NCBI GenBank assembly: GCA_003557645.1
Contig: PWNV01000015.1
Location: 1 to 34,636, forward strand
DNA: 34,636 nucleotides
Source of the DNA: Candidatus Nealsonbacteria bacterium
GTDB lineage: Bacteria > Patescibacteriota > Minisyncoccia > Minisyncoccales > PWPS01
Direction: 5' to 3'
Shown: positions 1 to 10,204 of the stretch, piece after piece
Layout of the letters: the number at the start of each line of letters is the position of its first letter
Position numbering within the stretch: the stretch's first letter is position 1
Notes under the pieces: generated by a model
Databases searched by the model: none
Told to the model about the DNA's origin: nothing
What the model saw: the letters and a program-made list of their open reading frames with translations, nothing else
Translations under genes and position numbers: made by a program

Positions 1-519
1 CCTGAAGGGAAAGTGCCAAGTGAGTTTCAATTTAGAGGGATGCCTCTTAGTGTTGGTGTAAGTAGTTGCCATGAACAGCCTGGTGGCAGCGAGTATGTTT
101 GCCGGGTTAATGATTTTCGTGTTGAAGATGGAATTGATTACGGCATTTCCTATCAGTTCGAAGTTCGAGCCAGAAACGAGGCAGGAGGGTGGTCAGACTG
201 GGTAGAGAGTAATGAAATTACAACTCCCGGACAACCTCCTGATGCCAGATTTAGCTGGAGCCCTGAAAGACCTTTTGCAGAAACGGAAGTTAACTTCTCT
301 AGCTCTGATGATACAATCATTACTTCTCGAAGTTGGAATTTTGAGGGAGGAAGTCCTGGAACCTCTACTCTTAAAGATCCGAAAGTATTTTTTAGTACGG
401 ATGGAGGGATGGAAGTGACACTGGAGGTTTCAAGTGCAACTGAATCCTGCGAAAACACACAGACAGTTAGTGTTCGCCCACCACCTCCCGATGACTGGAG
501 GGAAGTGGATCCTTTCTAG
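1..519 (+). CDS. C-terminal fragment of a secreted/surface protein with FN3-like and PKD-like modules (5' end lies outside the window)
   Basis: Frame 1 is open from nt 1 (PEGKVPSEF...), so the tracked Met at 13 is internal. YQFEVRARNEAGGWSDW looks like the end of an FN3 module. FSWSP..VNFSSS..WNFEGG..VTLEVS looks like a PKD repeat. Stop at 517-519. Confidence 0.6.
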   Translation, partial: PEGKVPSEFQFRGMPLSVGVSSCHEQPGGSEYVCRVNDFRVEDGIDYGISYQFEVRARNEAGGWSDWVESNEITTPGQPPDARFSWSPERPFAETEVNFSSSDDTIITSRSWNFEGGSPGTSTLKDPKVFFSTDGGMEVTLEVSSATESCENTQTVSVRPPPPDDWREVDPF

Positions 520-530
520 TTCTAACTTTC

Positions 531-559
531 TTGACAAATATTAAAATTAAGTTTATCCT
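531..559 (+). promoter_or_regulatory. sigma70-like promoter for the cold-shock gene (TTGACA-17-TATCCT)
   Basis: TTGACA at 531-536, a 17-nt spacer, TATCCT at 554-559. This leaves a leader of about 55-60 nt before the ATG at 623. Confidence 0.5.
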
Positions 560-622
560 TAGGGGCGAAGTGGAAATAGAGTCGGGTTTCTGCAAATTTA
601 AAAAATTAGCGTTTGTAATTTA

Positions 623-817
623 ATGGAAGGCACAATCAAAACGCTTACTGAAAGAGGTTTTGGTTTCATCGAGAGAGAAGGAGAGGAAGATCTTTTCTTC
701 CACTCTAACGATCTGGTCGATGTAAACTTTGACGATCTTAAGGTAGGAGACAAAGTGAGTTTTGAAGTTGCATCTTCGGACAAAGGTCCAAAGGCAGCTG
801 ATGTAACTCGCGTTTAA
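623..817 (+). CDS. cold-shock domain protein (CspA family)
   Basis: 64 aa. RNP1-like RGFGFI and RNP2-like LFFHS motifs. Size and layout are typical of CSD proteins. Confidence 0.9.
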   Translation: MEGTIKTLTERGFGFIEREGEEDLFFHSNDLVDVNFDDLKVGDKVSFEVASSDKGPKAADVTRV

Positions 818-820
818 AAA

Positions 821-852
821 AGAACACCCCCAGAAACGGGGGGTTTTCTTTT
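821..852 (+). terminator. intrinsic terminator after csp
   Basis: CCCCC (827-831) pairs with GGGGG (838-842) across loop AGAAAC, followed by TTTTCTTTT. Confidence 0.75.
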
Positions 853-914
853 ACGAGGTCTTGTATTATACTGCGGAATGATAATGCTGAGAGGGTTGCT
901 CCTTTCTTTTTTTA

Positions 915-2786
915 ATGGCAAAAACAATCAGAGGAAAAATTAGAATAACCTCTAGAGGGACGGGATATGTGGAAAGCGAGGAAACGGAAAGAGATGTAAA
1001 AATTGATCCCTCTTTCTTGGGTACAGCACTTCATGAGGATGAAGTTCTTGTTGTTCTTTTTCCAAGCAAAAAAGGAGAGTTATTACAGGGAGAAGTAATA
1101 GAAATTTTGAAAAGGAAAAAGACAAGATTTGTGGGGACCATTGAAAAGAAGAAAGGAAGATCATTTTGTTTTCTTCGACCTGACGATGAAAAGATGTATG
1201 TTGATATTTTTCTTCCCGATGCATGTAAAGTAAATAACAAAGAGAAGGTGTTAGTAGAAGTTGTAAAATGGGAAGACCCTAAAAAAAACCCGGAAGGAAA
1301 GATCTTAAGTGTTATCGGGGAAAAGGGAGATAATGATGCGGAACTCTTTTCTATCGTCTTGGAAAAAGGGCTTTCAATTGATTTTCCGAAAGAAGTAAAA
1401 AAAGAGGCAAGAGAGGTTCAAAAAAAGAAGATCTCTAAAGAAGAAAGGAAAGACTTTACCAAAACTCCTACCTTTACCATTGATCCAGAGGATGCGAAAG
1501 ATTTTGATGATGCGCTTTCAGTAAAAAAGATCGATGAAGATACCTATGAAGTAGGGATACATATTGCTGATGTTTCCTATTATGTAGAAGAAGGCGGTGC
1601 TCTTGACAAGGAGGCACGAAAAAGAGCGTTTTCTATCTATTTAGTTGATCGCACTATTCCCATGCTTCCCGATGTTCTCTCTAACGATGTTTGTAGTCTT
1701 CGTCCGGAAGAAGAGCGTGCTGCTTTTTCTGCGATATTTAAAATCGATAAAGAAGGAAGGATTAAAGAAAGTTGGTTTGGGGAAACGGTAATAGTGTCCG
1801 ATAAAAGATTTACTTACAAGGAAGCACAAGAAATACTTGATAAAGGGGCGGGACTTTTTTACTCTGAGCTATCTTTTCTTTCTTCTGTAGCTAAAAAATT
1901 ACGTAAAAAAAGAATTGATAGCGGGGCACTGGATATTGAAGAGGATGAGTTGTATTTTCATCTGGATCATGACGGAAGACCGCTTTCTATCCACTGCAAA
2001 GAACATCTTTTTACACATAAACTTGTGGAAGAGTTTATGATCTTTGCAAACAGGGAAGTTGCTTCTAGTTTTAATACGCTTTATCGTGTTCACGAACCTC
2101 CTAAGAAAAAAACAATTGATAATCTTTGTACCTTCTTAGCTAATTTTGGGCATCGTTTAGAGGGGAAAGGAAAAGAGATAACATCACATGAGATAAACAA
2201 TATCTTTAAGCAAATAAAGGGAAAAGATGAAGAGTTTTTAGTAAGGTCGGTGGTTTTACAATCTATGTCTAAAGCGGTTTACTCTACGAAGAATAAAAAG
2301 CACTTCGGATTAGCTATGGAAAAGTATACTCACTTTACTTCTCCTATAAGGAGATATGCGGATCTTTTGATGCACAGGATTGTCAAAAAGAGATTAAAGA
2401 AAGAGAAGGTAAATTCGGCAAACTATGAAGAGGTGGCAAGAGAGATATCTTTTGTAGAGCTTGATGTGCTTGACGCTGAAAGAAGTTCTATTGCATACAA
2501 GCAAGTTCAATATATGGCAGAAAGAACAGGGGAAACTTTCCAAGGAATTATTTCAGGAATTACTAAATTTGGTATTTTTGTTCGAGAAGTTGAGACAAAA
2601 GCGGAAGGATTAATTTCTATTCGCGACATGGAGGATGATTACTATGTTTTAGACGAGGAAACCTATTCTCTCATTGGAATGCGCAGAAAAAAGCGCTACT
2701 CCTTGGGTGACAAAGTAAAAATTAAGCTTATGGGGGCAAACCTAGAAGCAAGAAGACTGGAGTTTGCACTACAAAAGAAGGCTTGA
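915..2786 (+). CDS. rnr: ribonuclease R (RNB-family 3'-5' exoribonuclease with C-terminal S1 domain)
   Basis: 623 aa. RNB-domain signatures (DPEDAKDFDDALSV, HFGL..YTHFTSPIRRYADL) and an S1-like C-terminus (FQGIISGITKFGIFVRE). Confidence 0.9.
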   Translation: MAKTIRGKIRITSRGTGYVESEETERDVKIDPSFLGTALHEDEVLVVLFPSKKGELLQGEVIEILKRKKTRFVGTIEKKKGRSFCFLRPDDEKMYVDIFLPDACKVNNKEKVLVEVVKWEDPKKNPEGKILSVIGEKGDNDAELFSIVLEKGLSIDFPKEVKKEAREVQKKKISKEERKDFTKTPTFTIDPEDAKDFDDALSVKKIDEDTYEVGIHIADVSYYVEEGGALDKEARKRAFSIYLVDRTIPMLPDVLSNDVCSLRPEEERAAFSAIFKIDKEGRIKESWFGETVIVSDKRFTYKEAQEILDKGAGLFYSELSFLSSVAKKLRKKRIDSGALDIEEDELYFHLDHDGRPLSIHCKEHLFTHKLVEEFMIFANREVASSFNTLYRVHEPPKKKTIDNLCTFLANFGHRLEGKGKEITSHEINNIFKQIKGKDEEFLVRSVVLQSMSKAVYSTKNKKHFGLAMEKYTHFTSPIRRYADLLMHRIVKKRLKKEKVNSANYEEVAREISFVELDVLDAERSSIAYKQVQYMAERTGETFQGIISGITKFGIFVREVETKAEGLISIRDMEDDYYVLDEETYSLIGMRRKKRYSLGDKVKIKLMGANLEARRLEFALQKKA

Positions 2787-2810
2787 ATTTTATTTTTTTG
2801 GTGTTATAAT
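2783..2810 (+). promoter_or_regulatory. promoter of the ATPase operon (TTGAAT-16-TGtTATAAT, extended -10)
   Basis: TTGAAT at 2783-2788, a 16-nt spacer, TG at 2802-2803, TATAAT at 2805-2810. Confidence 0.55.
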
Positions 2811-2865
2811 ATCCGCTGGGGCTTTGCCATGCAGAGCTTTCTTTTATGCAATAGAGTTTAAAAAC

Positions 2866-3168
2866 ATGAACCCACTAGAAGAAATTAGAAAAGAAGAAGA
2901 AAAAAGCGAAAAAGAGATAGAGCGCTTGAGAGAAGAGCTTAGAGCTGATTATAATGAGAGAATGAACTCTTTAAAATCTGAAGAGGAGTCTATGGAAAGA
3001 AGATATCAAATGAAGCTCAGTAAACTTAAAGAAGAAGTTGAGTCTATTTGTAAGGAGATTGATAGGGATGTTGAAGTGCAGTTGCAAGAAGAACTAGAAA
3101 AAATAGAAAATTTAAAGAAAAAAAATACTTCTCTTTTTAAAGAGGAATTGTTAAAGAGAATAAAATGA
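2866..3168 (+). CDS. small coiled-coil protein, probable A/V-ATPase peripheral-stalk subunit (G/H-like)
   Basis: 100 aa from the ATG at 2866. Highly charged heptad-like sequence. First gene of the operon, with its stop overlapping the subunit I start (ATGA at 3165-3168). Same position as Thermus atpG and archaeal atpH. The tracked start at 2764 lies upstream of the promoter and overlaps rnr, so it is unlikely. Confidence 0.5.
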   Translation: MNPLEEIRKEEEKSEKEIERLREELRADYNERMNSLKSEEESMERRYQMKLSKLKEEVESICKEIDRDVEVQLQEELEKIENLKKKNTSLFKEELLKRIK

Positions 3169-5051
3169 ACCTTTCAACTACCAAGATAGAGATTATTGCT
3201 CCGCAAGAAGAGTCAGAGAGACTTATAGAAGAACTGCAAAAAGCAGGGATTATGGAGATTACACACACTTCCCATGAAGAGGTTGAAGACGAAAAGGTGC
3301 GCAAATGGGAGGCAAGGCGAGCAAAAGTAGATTTTGTTCGTTCTTTTCTTTCCAGAAACCTCCCCAAAGAAAGTTTTGTAAAAAACTTAATTAACAGCTT
3401 CATCTTTCATCCGTACAACTTTTCTTATAAGGAAATTCAAGAAATGGCTGGCTCTTCGGAGATTGATGCAGTGATTAGAGAGTGTGCAAGCACGGAAGAA
3501 AGGATGAATAAGCTTGCAGGGGAGAGAATGAAACTAAGAGAAGAGTTGCATATTCTGGAAAAATTTAAGAATATTCCGGTTACAAAAGAAAGCAAGAACT
3601 CTTTACAAAATTTTTCTGTTTTTGTTGGCGTTATCAAGAAAGGGAAAAGAGAAGATCTCATCTCTGAACTAGGAAATGAGGTTTTTTCTTTTTCCTGCGG
3701 TGAAAAGGAAAAAGTTTTCTCTTTGATTTATCCCAAAGGAAAAGAAGAGTTTTTTCAAGAAAAAATACAAAAATATGAAGCAAAGCAAGAAGAAGTTTTT
3801 TGGAACGATCTTCCAGAAAGAGAGATTGAAAAAACACAAGAAAAAATAGAAAAAGTAGTAAGAGAAGAAGAAAAAGAGAAGAAGAGGGTTGAAGATTTGA
3901 TCTCTTACCTTCCTAAGGTGGCAGCACTTGTTGACTTTTATGAATGGGAAATTGATAAATCTCGAAGACTAGAAAGGTTCGAAAAGACAAGAAAATTTTT
4001 TCGTGTTACAGGTTGGATTGGAGAAAATGATATCAAGTTACTTCGAAGAGTAATAAAAAGAGTTACGAATGTATTTCTTTTACAGAAAACCAACTCGGAA
4101 GAAGGAGAAAATCCTCCGGTATTATTAAAAAATAACGGAATTATGAAAAGCTTTGGGATTGTAAGCGGAGTTTATGGTGCCCCCAAAAGTGATGAGCCAG
4201 ATCCAGCACCCCTTCTTGCTCCCTTTTTTGTTTTCGCTTTTGGCGTTGCTTTGTCTGATATTGGGTATGGAATTATGCTGATCGGGATTTCGCTTCTTAT
4301 GAAAAAACTATACAAGGGAGTAGATAATTTCTTTAATCTTTTTATCGTTGGAGGTATTTTTACTCTTTTTGCGGGGTTAACGATGGGAACCTTCTTTGGA
4401 ACAGACCTTAATGCTCCGTTTCGTCTTTTTGACCCTTCCGCTAATCCCATGGAGGTACTTATTTTAGTCTCTATTTTCGGTGCAATTCAGATTTTTTGTG
4501 GCCTTCTTATTGGCGCTGCTTGGGATATAAAGCAGGGAGACAAAAGAAGAGCGTTCGGAGAAAAAGGAGGATTTATGGTGTTTCTTTTAAGTATGGCAGT
4601 GTTTCTTATTAGTGGAATGCAGATTTTTCTTTTTGTGGCACTAGGAGGACTGGTCCTTCTTAATGTAATATTTTCCAAAGAAAAGAAGCCGCTCTTACGA
4701 ATTTCCAGCGGAGCTGGAGCTCTTTATAATATTGTTGGTTATTTTAGTGATGTTCTTTCATATTCTAGGCTCCTAGCCCTTGGTCTTGCTACTGGAATTA
4801 TTGCCATGGTGGTAAATGTTGTTGCGGGAATTGCCATGGAGATGGTTCCTGTGGCCGGAATAGGGATTTTAATTGCCGGAGTAGTGCTTGTTGTGGGTCA
4901 TACATTTAATTTAATGATTAGCACTCTTGGCTCTTTTATTCATAGTGCTAGGTTACAGTTCGTGGAGTTTTTCTCCAAATTTATGGAAGGAGGAGGGAAG
5001 ACAATGAAACCCTTTTCCAAACAAGGTCGTTTTGTAGAGATTATTCATTAA
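3165..5051 (+). CDS. ntpI: A/V-type ATPase subunit I (a-subunit, membrane stator)
   Basis: 628 aa. Soluble charged N-terminal half plus a polytopic C-terminal half containing the conserved stator-arginine motif (DVLSYSRLLALGLATG). Confidence 0.85.
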   Translation: MNLSTTKIEIIAPQEESERLIEELQKAGIMEITHTSHEEVEDEKVRKWEARRAKVDFVRSFLSRNLPKESFVKNLINSFIFHPYNFSYKEIQEMAGSSEIDAVIRECASTEERMNKLAGERMKLREELHILEKFKNIPVTKESKNSLQNFSVFVGVIKKGKREDLISELGNEVFSFSCGEKEKVFSLIYPKGKEEFFQEKIQKYEAKQEEVFWNDLPEREIEKTQEKIEKVVREEEKEKKRVEDLISYLPKVAALVDFYEWEIDKSRRLERFEKTRKFFRVTGWIGENDIKLLRRVIKRVTNVFLLQKTNSEEGENPPVLLKNNGIMKSFGIVSGVYGAPKSDEPDPAPLLAPFFVFAFGVALSDIGYGIMLIGISLLMKKLYKGVDNFFNLFIVGGIFTLFAGLTMGTFFGTDLNAPFRLFDPSANPMEVLILVSIFGAIQIFCGLLIGAAWDIKQGDKRRAFGEKGGFMVFLLSMAVFLISGMQIFLFVALGGLVLLNVIFSKEKKPLLRISSGAGALYNIVGYFSDVLSYSRLLALGLATGIIAMVVNVVAGIAMEMVPVAGIGILIAGVVLVVGHTFNLMISTLGSFIHSARLQFVEFFSKFMEGGGKTMKPFSKQGRFVEIIH

Positions 5052-5064
5052 AAGTATAAAAAAT

Positions 5065-5538
5065 ATGGAGTTAGGTATAATTTTAGCAATTGCCGGAGCA
5101 GTTATCGCTCTATCTTTACCGTGCATTGGTTCTGCTTTCGCTCTTAGTGGAGCTGGGCAGGCAGCAACTGGACTTGTCTCTGAAGAACCGGAGAAGTTCG
5201 GTAAAGCACTTCTTTTACAAGTTCTTCCAGGAACTCAAGGTATTTACGGTTTTTTAACCGCAATATTAATTATGCAGGAGATAGGGATGTTTGGGGGTCA
5301 AATTGCAAATGTTTCCACTAGCACGGGTTGGCAGATTCTTTTAGCGGCACTTCCTATTGCATTAGTAGGGCTTATGTCCAGCATCTTTCAGGGAAGAGTG
5401 AGTGTTACGGGAATAGCGATGCTTGGCAGAAGAGCGGAAGAAGCTGGAAAAGCGATTATTCTTTCAGCAATGGTTGAGACTTATGCTGTAATTGCACTTC
5501 TTCTTACTATTTTGCTTCTTAATATAATTGAGGTTTAG
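5065..5538 (+). CDS. ntpK: A/V-type ATPase proteolipid subunit K (duplicated 4-helix c subunit)
   Basis: 157 aa with four hydrophobic helices. Close motif match to Enterococcus hirae NtpK as recalled from memory (PEKFG, LPGTQGIYGF, FQGRV, AMVETYA). Confidence 0.9.
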   Translation: MELGIILAIAGAVIALSLPCIGSAFALSGAGQAATGLVSEEPEKFGKALLLQVLPGTQGIYGFLTAILIMQEIGMFGGQIANVSTSTGWQILLAALPIALVGLMSSIFQGRVSVTGIAMLGRRAEEAGKAIILSAMVETYAVIALLLTILLLNIIEV

Positions 5539-5540
5539 TT

Positions 5541-6122
5541 ATGTCAGTAGATACTCTCATTTCCACGGTTAAAGAAAAGACCGAAGAGGAAAAAAACAAA
5601 ATACGAGAAGAGCACGAAAGGAAAACGGCAGAAGAAGAGAGAAAGAGAAGAGAAGAAATTGCAAGAAAGGAAAAAGATTTTGCAGAGAAGATTTCTCAAG
5701 AAAGAGAAAAAATGATCGAAGAGTATAGAAAGGAGAAAGAGTTTGCTTTGCGTATGAGGATCTTAAAAGAAGAAAAGAAAGCAATGGAAGAAGTCAAAAA
5801 AATTGCTACTCAGGAAGTTCTTCAACTTCCTTTAGAAAAAAGGAAGCAGATTATCCTTGAAGCGCTTAAAACGTTTACTGATCTTTTAAGAAAAGAGGAT
5901 GTTTTTGTTTTTTCCCCAATAGGGAAGAAGCAAGAAGTACAGGAGATCGTTCAAGATGTTGAAATTAAAAAGGAGGTAGAGGAAAAAGAAATGGGTTTTA
6001 AGGAAGGAGTTGTTATAAAGGGAAAGGATTTTACGGTTTGCGTTTCTCTTGAAGACTTAGCCCACAAGACAATTGAAGAAGATAAGAATCATTTTCTTAA
6101 ACTACTTTTTTCAGAAAAATGA
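5541..6122 (+). CDS. ntpE: A/V-type ATPase subunit E (peripheral stalk)
   Basis: 193 aa. Long charged N-terminal helix plus a globular C-terminus. Operon position after K matches I-K-E-C-F-A-B-D. Confidence 0.6.
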   Translation: MSVDTLISTVKEKTEEEKNKIREEHERKTAEEERKRREEIARKEKDFAEKISQEREKMIEEYRKEKEFALRMRILKEEKKAMEEVKKIATQEVLQLPLEKRKQIILEALKTFTDLLRKEDVFVFSPIGKKQEVQEIVQDVEIKKEVEEKEMGFKEGVVIKGKDFTVCVSLEDLAHKTIEEDKNHFLKLLFSEK

Positions 6123-6838
6123 AATATCTGTACTACGTATCAAACATGATAAGCAAAGAAAAGTATATCGCTGATGAGAACGATTTTCAGCGAATGATAA
6201 GCAGTGTTACACTTGGTGGAGCACTTAAAGTTTTGCATGATACAGATTACGGATCTTATTTTTCCGCAGAGAGCACACTTGAAGAGATTATGGAGAGAGA
6301 AAAAGAAGGAAATTATAAAATGCTAACGAAAATGGGGCTTGAAAAGAAAGTAATTGATTTTCTTTTTCTTCCGGTAGATATGCTTAATCTACGCTTCGCT
6401 CTTAAGCGTGACTTCTTCGGAATAGAGGGAAGGAACTATAGTTTTGGCAAAAAAGAAGAAAAATTAAAGGAAGAGTACAGGGAAGAGATAGAAGAAGCGA
6501 AACAGAAAAAAACTCCCGCTGAGCTTGATGATTTTCTGACAAAAATTTTCATAGAAAAAATGAAAAAGAGCGCAAAACAAGACCAGCTTCTTTTTGATTT
6601 TCTCGAAAAATATGAAAAAGAACTTTTTTCTGAAAACAAAAAAGATAATCTTGTTCTTATAGAGAATGAGTTTTTAGAAGAGGCGAGAAGAAAAAGTGAA
6701 GGACTTGCTCCTATTTTTGCTTACTTTATGAGAAAGTGGAGAGCAGAAAAAACTGTTCGTGCTATTTATGAGGCAAAAAAAATGGAGATTCCTCAAGAAA
6801 AAATTTACAAATTACTTAAAGAGATTCGCGCCTTATGA
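6119..6838 (+). CDS. ntpC: A/V-type ATPase subunit C (d-type rotor-socket subunit), short version
   Basis: 239 aa. Called mainly from its position between E and F and its helical character. Shorter than the usual ~320 aa. 4-nt overlaps with both neighbours. Confidence 0.55.
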   Translation: MKYLYYVSNMISKEKYIADENDFQRMISSVTLGGALKVLHDTDYGSYFSAESTLEEIMEREKEGNYKMLTKMGLEKKVIDFLFLPVDMLNLRFALKRDFFGIEGRNYSFGKKEEKLKEEYREEIEEAKQKKTPAELDDFLTKIFIEKMKKSAKQDQLLFDFLEKYEKELFSENKKDNLVLIENEFLEEARRKSEGLAPIFAYFMRKWRAEKTVRAIYEAKKMEIPQEKIYKLLKEIRAL

Positions 6839-7116
6839 AAAAAATAGCATTTGTTGGGCCAAAAGCATACTATTTCTCTTTCTCTTTTTTAGGAGCATCT
6901 TGCTTTTCTTCTACTAAAGAAGATATATTTTCTACGATAGAGCACCTAAAAAAGGAAGAGTTTTCTTTAATATTTACGACAGAAGATCTACTCTCAGAAG
7001 GGCAAGATGGAGTTGTTATTTTGCCAGGGATAACAAGAAAATCACGAGGAAATGCCATTAAAAATGAAATACAACGCGCTGTAGGAAGCGACATATCTTC
7101 ACTCATAAAAGAATAA
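6835..7116 (+). CDS. ntpF: A/V-type ATPase subunit F
   Basis: 93 aa. MKKIAFVG... start and a Rossmann-like small-subunit pattern. Positioned directly before A. Confidence 0.65.
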   Translation: MKKIAFVGPKAYYFSFSFLGASCFSSTKEDIFSTIEHLKKEEFSLIFTTEDLLSEGQDGVVILPGITRKSRGNAIKNEIQRAVGSDISSLIKE

Positions 7117-7124
7117 ATAGAATC

Positions 7125-8825
7125 ATGGAAAAAACACAAAAAGGAGTTATTGTCAAAGTTTCTGGACCACTTGTTATTGCGGAGAACATGGAGGGGTCTG
7201 AATTTTACGAAGTGGTACGTGTAGGAGACGAGGGACTAGTAGGAGAGGTTATTGAAATTAGAAGAGAAAAGGTCTATATACAGGTTTATGAAGAAACGGC
7301 AGGAGTGGGACCTGGAGAACCAGTAGTAAGAACAAAAAAGCAACTTTCTGTAACGCTTGGTCCCGGCCTTATCGGATCTATTTTTGACGGAATAGAGAGG
7401 CCTTTGCAAAAAATTGAAGAAAAATCAGGACACCTCATTACACGCGGAATAGAGGTTCCTTCTCTTGACGCTGAAAAGAAGTGGCGTTTTATTCCTTTAA
7501 TGAAAGAAGGAGATGATGTTTCTGGTGGAGACATAGTGGGAGAAGTAAAGGAAACGGAGATTTTATCGCATAAGATAATGATTCCTCCCTCTGTAGAAGA
7601 AGGCAAGATTACCTCTATCAAAGAAGGGGAGTTTACAATTAAAGATATAGTGTTTGAGGTTGACAAAAAAGGTTATAACATGACACAAAGTTGGCCGATA
7701 AGAACTCCTCGACCAACAAATAAGAAACTCTTACCATTCGTCCCACTTACGACAGGGCAGCGCGTGATTGATACTTTCTTCCCTATAGCGAAAGGAGGAA
7801 CGGCTTGTGTTCCAGGACCTTTTGGAGCTGGAAAGACGGTTGTTCAGCATCAAATAGCTAAATGGTCTGATGCTGATATAGTAGTTTTTGTCGGATGTGG
7901 AGAAAGAGGGAATGAAATGACAGACGTGCTTAAAGAGTTTCCAGAACTAAAAGATCCTCGCACAGGAAGACCACTAATGGAAAGAACAGTGCTTATCGCT
8001 AACACTTCAAACATGCCGGTAGCGGCTCGTGAAGCTTCTGTTTATACCGGAATCACTATTGCTGAGTATTTCCGCGACATGGGATACAGTGTAGCACTTA
8101 TGGCTGACTCAACTTCAAGATGGGCAGAAGCTCTCCGAGAGATGTCTGCAAGACTAGAGGAGATGCCCGGAGAAGAGGGTTACCCAGCATATTTAGGATC
8201 AAGAACAGCGAGTTTTTACGAAAGAGCTGGTTATGTAAAGTGCTTCTCCTCTAAAGATAGAGAAGGATCTCTTACGGTTGTTGGTTCTGTTTCTCCTCCT
8301 GGAGGAGATCTTTCCGAACCAGTAACTCAAAACACTCTTCGTACGACAAAGATTTTTTGGAGTCTGGAAGATAGCTTAGCGAATGCTCGTCACTTCCCTG
8401 CCATAAACTGGCTTAGCAGTTATTCTCTTTATGTTGATGAGCTTGAACATTACTTTGACAAAGAAGTGGGAGTAGAATTTAAGGAAAACCGAAAGGAAGC
8501 AATGCGTATTCTTTCCGAAGAGGAAAAGTTGGAGGAAATAGTACGCCTTGTTGGATTTGAAGCTTTATCGGATAAAGACAAACTTATTATGGATACGGCT
8601 CGGATTATTAGAGAAGATTTTCTGATGCAAAATGCATTTGATGAAATTGACACATACTCTTCGTTTAAAAAGCAGAACTTTATGATGGGTAAAATCGTGG
8701 AATACTATCATGACGGAATACACAGTATTGAAGAAGGAAAGAGCATGGATGAAATTTTGCAAACTCCGGAAATAAAAGAGCTTTCTAGGTTAAAATTTTT
8801 AAGCGAAAAAGAAATTAAAAGCTAA
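7125..8825 (+). CDS. ntpA: A/V-type ATPase catalytic subunit A
   Basis: 566 aa. Walker A GPFGAGKT, a Walker B region, and the A-subunit-specific insertion between the N-terminal barrel and the nucleotide-binding domain. Colinear, no intein. Confidence 0.95.
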   Translation: MEKTQKGVIVKVSGPLVIAENMEGSEFYEVVRVGDEGLVGEVIEIRREKVYIQVYEETAGVGPGEPVVRTKKQLSVTLGPGLIGSIFDGIERPLQKIEEKSGHLITRGIEVPSLDAEKKWRFIPLMKEGDDVSGGDIVGEVKETEILSHKIMIPPSVEEGKITSIKEGEFTIKDIVFEVDKKGYNMTQSWPIRTPRPTNKKLLPFVPLTTGQRVIDTFFPIAKGGTACVPGPFGAGKTVVQHQIAKWSDADIVVFVGCGERGNEMTDVLKEFPELKDPRTGRPLMERTVLIANTSNMPVAAREASVYTGITIAEYFRDMGYSVALMADSTSRWAEALREMSARLEEMPGEEGYPAYLGSRTASFYERAGYVKCFSSKDREGSLTVVGSVSPPGGDLSEPVTQNTLRTTKIFWSLEDSLANARHFPAINWLSSYSLYVDELEHYFDKEVGVEFKENRKEAMRILSEEEKLEEIVRLVGFEALSDKDKLIMDTARIIREDFLMQNAFDEIDTYSSFKKQNFMMGKIVEYYHDGIHSIEEGKSMDEILQTPEIKELSRLKFLSEKEIKS

Positions 8826-8830
8826 ATATT

Positions 8831-10204
8831 ATGTCAGTAAAATTTAAAGGAATAAAAGAGATTGCCGGATCATTAGTTCTCGTAGAGGGAAATTTTAGAC
8901 CAAAATACGAAGAGCTAGTAGAAATAGAGCTTCCCGGAGGAGAGATAAGAAGGGGAAGAGTACTTGAAGCAGAAGAGAAAAGAGTGCTTGTGCAGATGTT
9001 TGAAGAAACAAGAGGAATGGATGCAAGTGAAGGAGAGGTTCGTTTTTTAGGAAAAACAATGACTTTGGGAGTAAGCGAGGAGATGCTTGGACGAGTTTTT
9101 GACGGAGCGGCAAATCCGATGGACGGTCATCCGATGCCAGTTGCAAAGAAAGAGATGGACATTAATGGAAACCCGATTAACCCTTATTCCCGAGAATTTC
9201 CTGATGATTTCTTGCAGACAGGAATATCTTCTATTGACGGATTAAATACTTTGGTTCGTGGTCAAAAGCTTCCGATTTTTTCTGCTTCTGGTCTTCCCCA
9301 CTCGAAGATAGCTACTCAGATTGCTCGTCAAGCAAAAATAGACGGTAATTTTAGTGTTGTTTTTGGAGCAATGGGAATTACTTTTGAAGAGTCTCAGTAT
9401 TTTATAAATGAACTGCGTGAAACAGGAGCTCTGCAACGCTCTATTCTTTTTATAAATACCGCTGATGACCCTGTAATTGAGAGGGTAACGTTACCTCGTC
9501 TTGCCCTTACTGCTGCAGAATATCTTGCTTTTGAAAAAGATCAGCACGTGCTGGTTATTCTTATTGACATGACCAATTACTGCGAAGCTTTACGTGAAAT
9601 TTCAGCAGCGAGAAAGGAGGTTCCAGGAAGAAGGGGGTACCCAGGGTATCTTTATACTGATCTGGCAAGTATTTATGAAAGAGCGGGGATTATAAGGGGA
9701 AAAGAAGGATCTGTAACTCAAATCCCTATTCTTACTATGCCCGAAGATGATAAAACTCATCCGATCCCTGACCTTACAGGGTATATTACTGAAGGACAGA
9801 TCATTGTATCCCGTAGCCTTCAGCAATCTGGGATATCTCCGCCCATTGATGTTTTAAACAGCCTTTCTCGTCTTAAAAACAAAGGGGTGGGAGAGGGTAA
9901 AACGCGCCATGATCACTCTGGAATATCCAATCAGCTTTTTGCTGCTTATGCAAAAGGTCAAGAGGTTCGAGAGTTGGCAGTTATCTTAGGAGAGGGGGCG
10001 CTTTCGGAGATAGATAGAAAGTATCTTCAGTTTGCCGAAGATTTTGAGAAGCGTTTTATAAATCAAGGGGAAAAGGAGAATAGAGATATCAAAAAAACAC
10101 TCGATATTGGGTGGGACTTAGTAAAAACCCTTCCCCGGGAAGAGCTAAAAAGAGTAAAAGAAGAAGAAATTAAAGAGTTTTTAGGAGATGGATCTCAAAA
10201 TTAG
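8831..10204 (+). CDS. ntpB: A/V-type ATPase non-catalytic subunit B
   Basis: 457 aa. Typical B-subunit motifs ([27 protein letters not shown]). Confidence 0.95.
   Translation: MSVKFKGIKEIAGSLVLVEGNFRPKYEELVEIELPGGEIRRGRVLEAEEKRVLVQMFEETRGMDASEGEVRFLGKTMTLGVSEEMLGRVFDGAANPMDGHPMPVAKKEMDINGNPINPYSREFPDDFLQTGISSIDGLNTLVRGQKLPIFSASGLPHSKIATQIARQAKIDGNFSVVFGAMGITFEESQYFINELRETGALQRSILFINTADDPVIERVTLPRLALTAAEYLAFEKDQHVLVILIDMTNYCEALREISAARKEVPGRRGYPGYLYTDLASIYERAGIIRGKEGSVTQIPILTMPEDDKTHPIPDLTGYITEGQIIVSRSLQQSGISPPIDVLNSLSRLKNKGVGEGKTRHDHSGISNQLFAAYAKGQEVRELAVILGEGALSEIDRKYLQFAEDFEKRFINQGEKENRDIKKTLDIGWDLVKTLPREELKRVKEEEIKEFLGDGSQN

Noticed and set aside
2764-2865. Tracked 134-aa ORF start at 2764, upstream of the first ATPase-operon gene.
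   Set aside because: The extra 34 codons overlap the end of rnr and the promoter at 2783-2810, and encode an implausible Phe/Tyr-rich peptide. The internal ATG at 2866 begins the coiled-coil protein.
7125-8825. Intein in ATPase subunit A, as in yeast VMA1 and some archaeal AtpA.
   Set aside because: The 566-aa protein is colinear with ordinary A subunits. There is no Cys/Ser-initiated insertion after the P-loop region.
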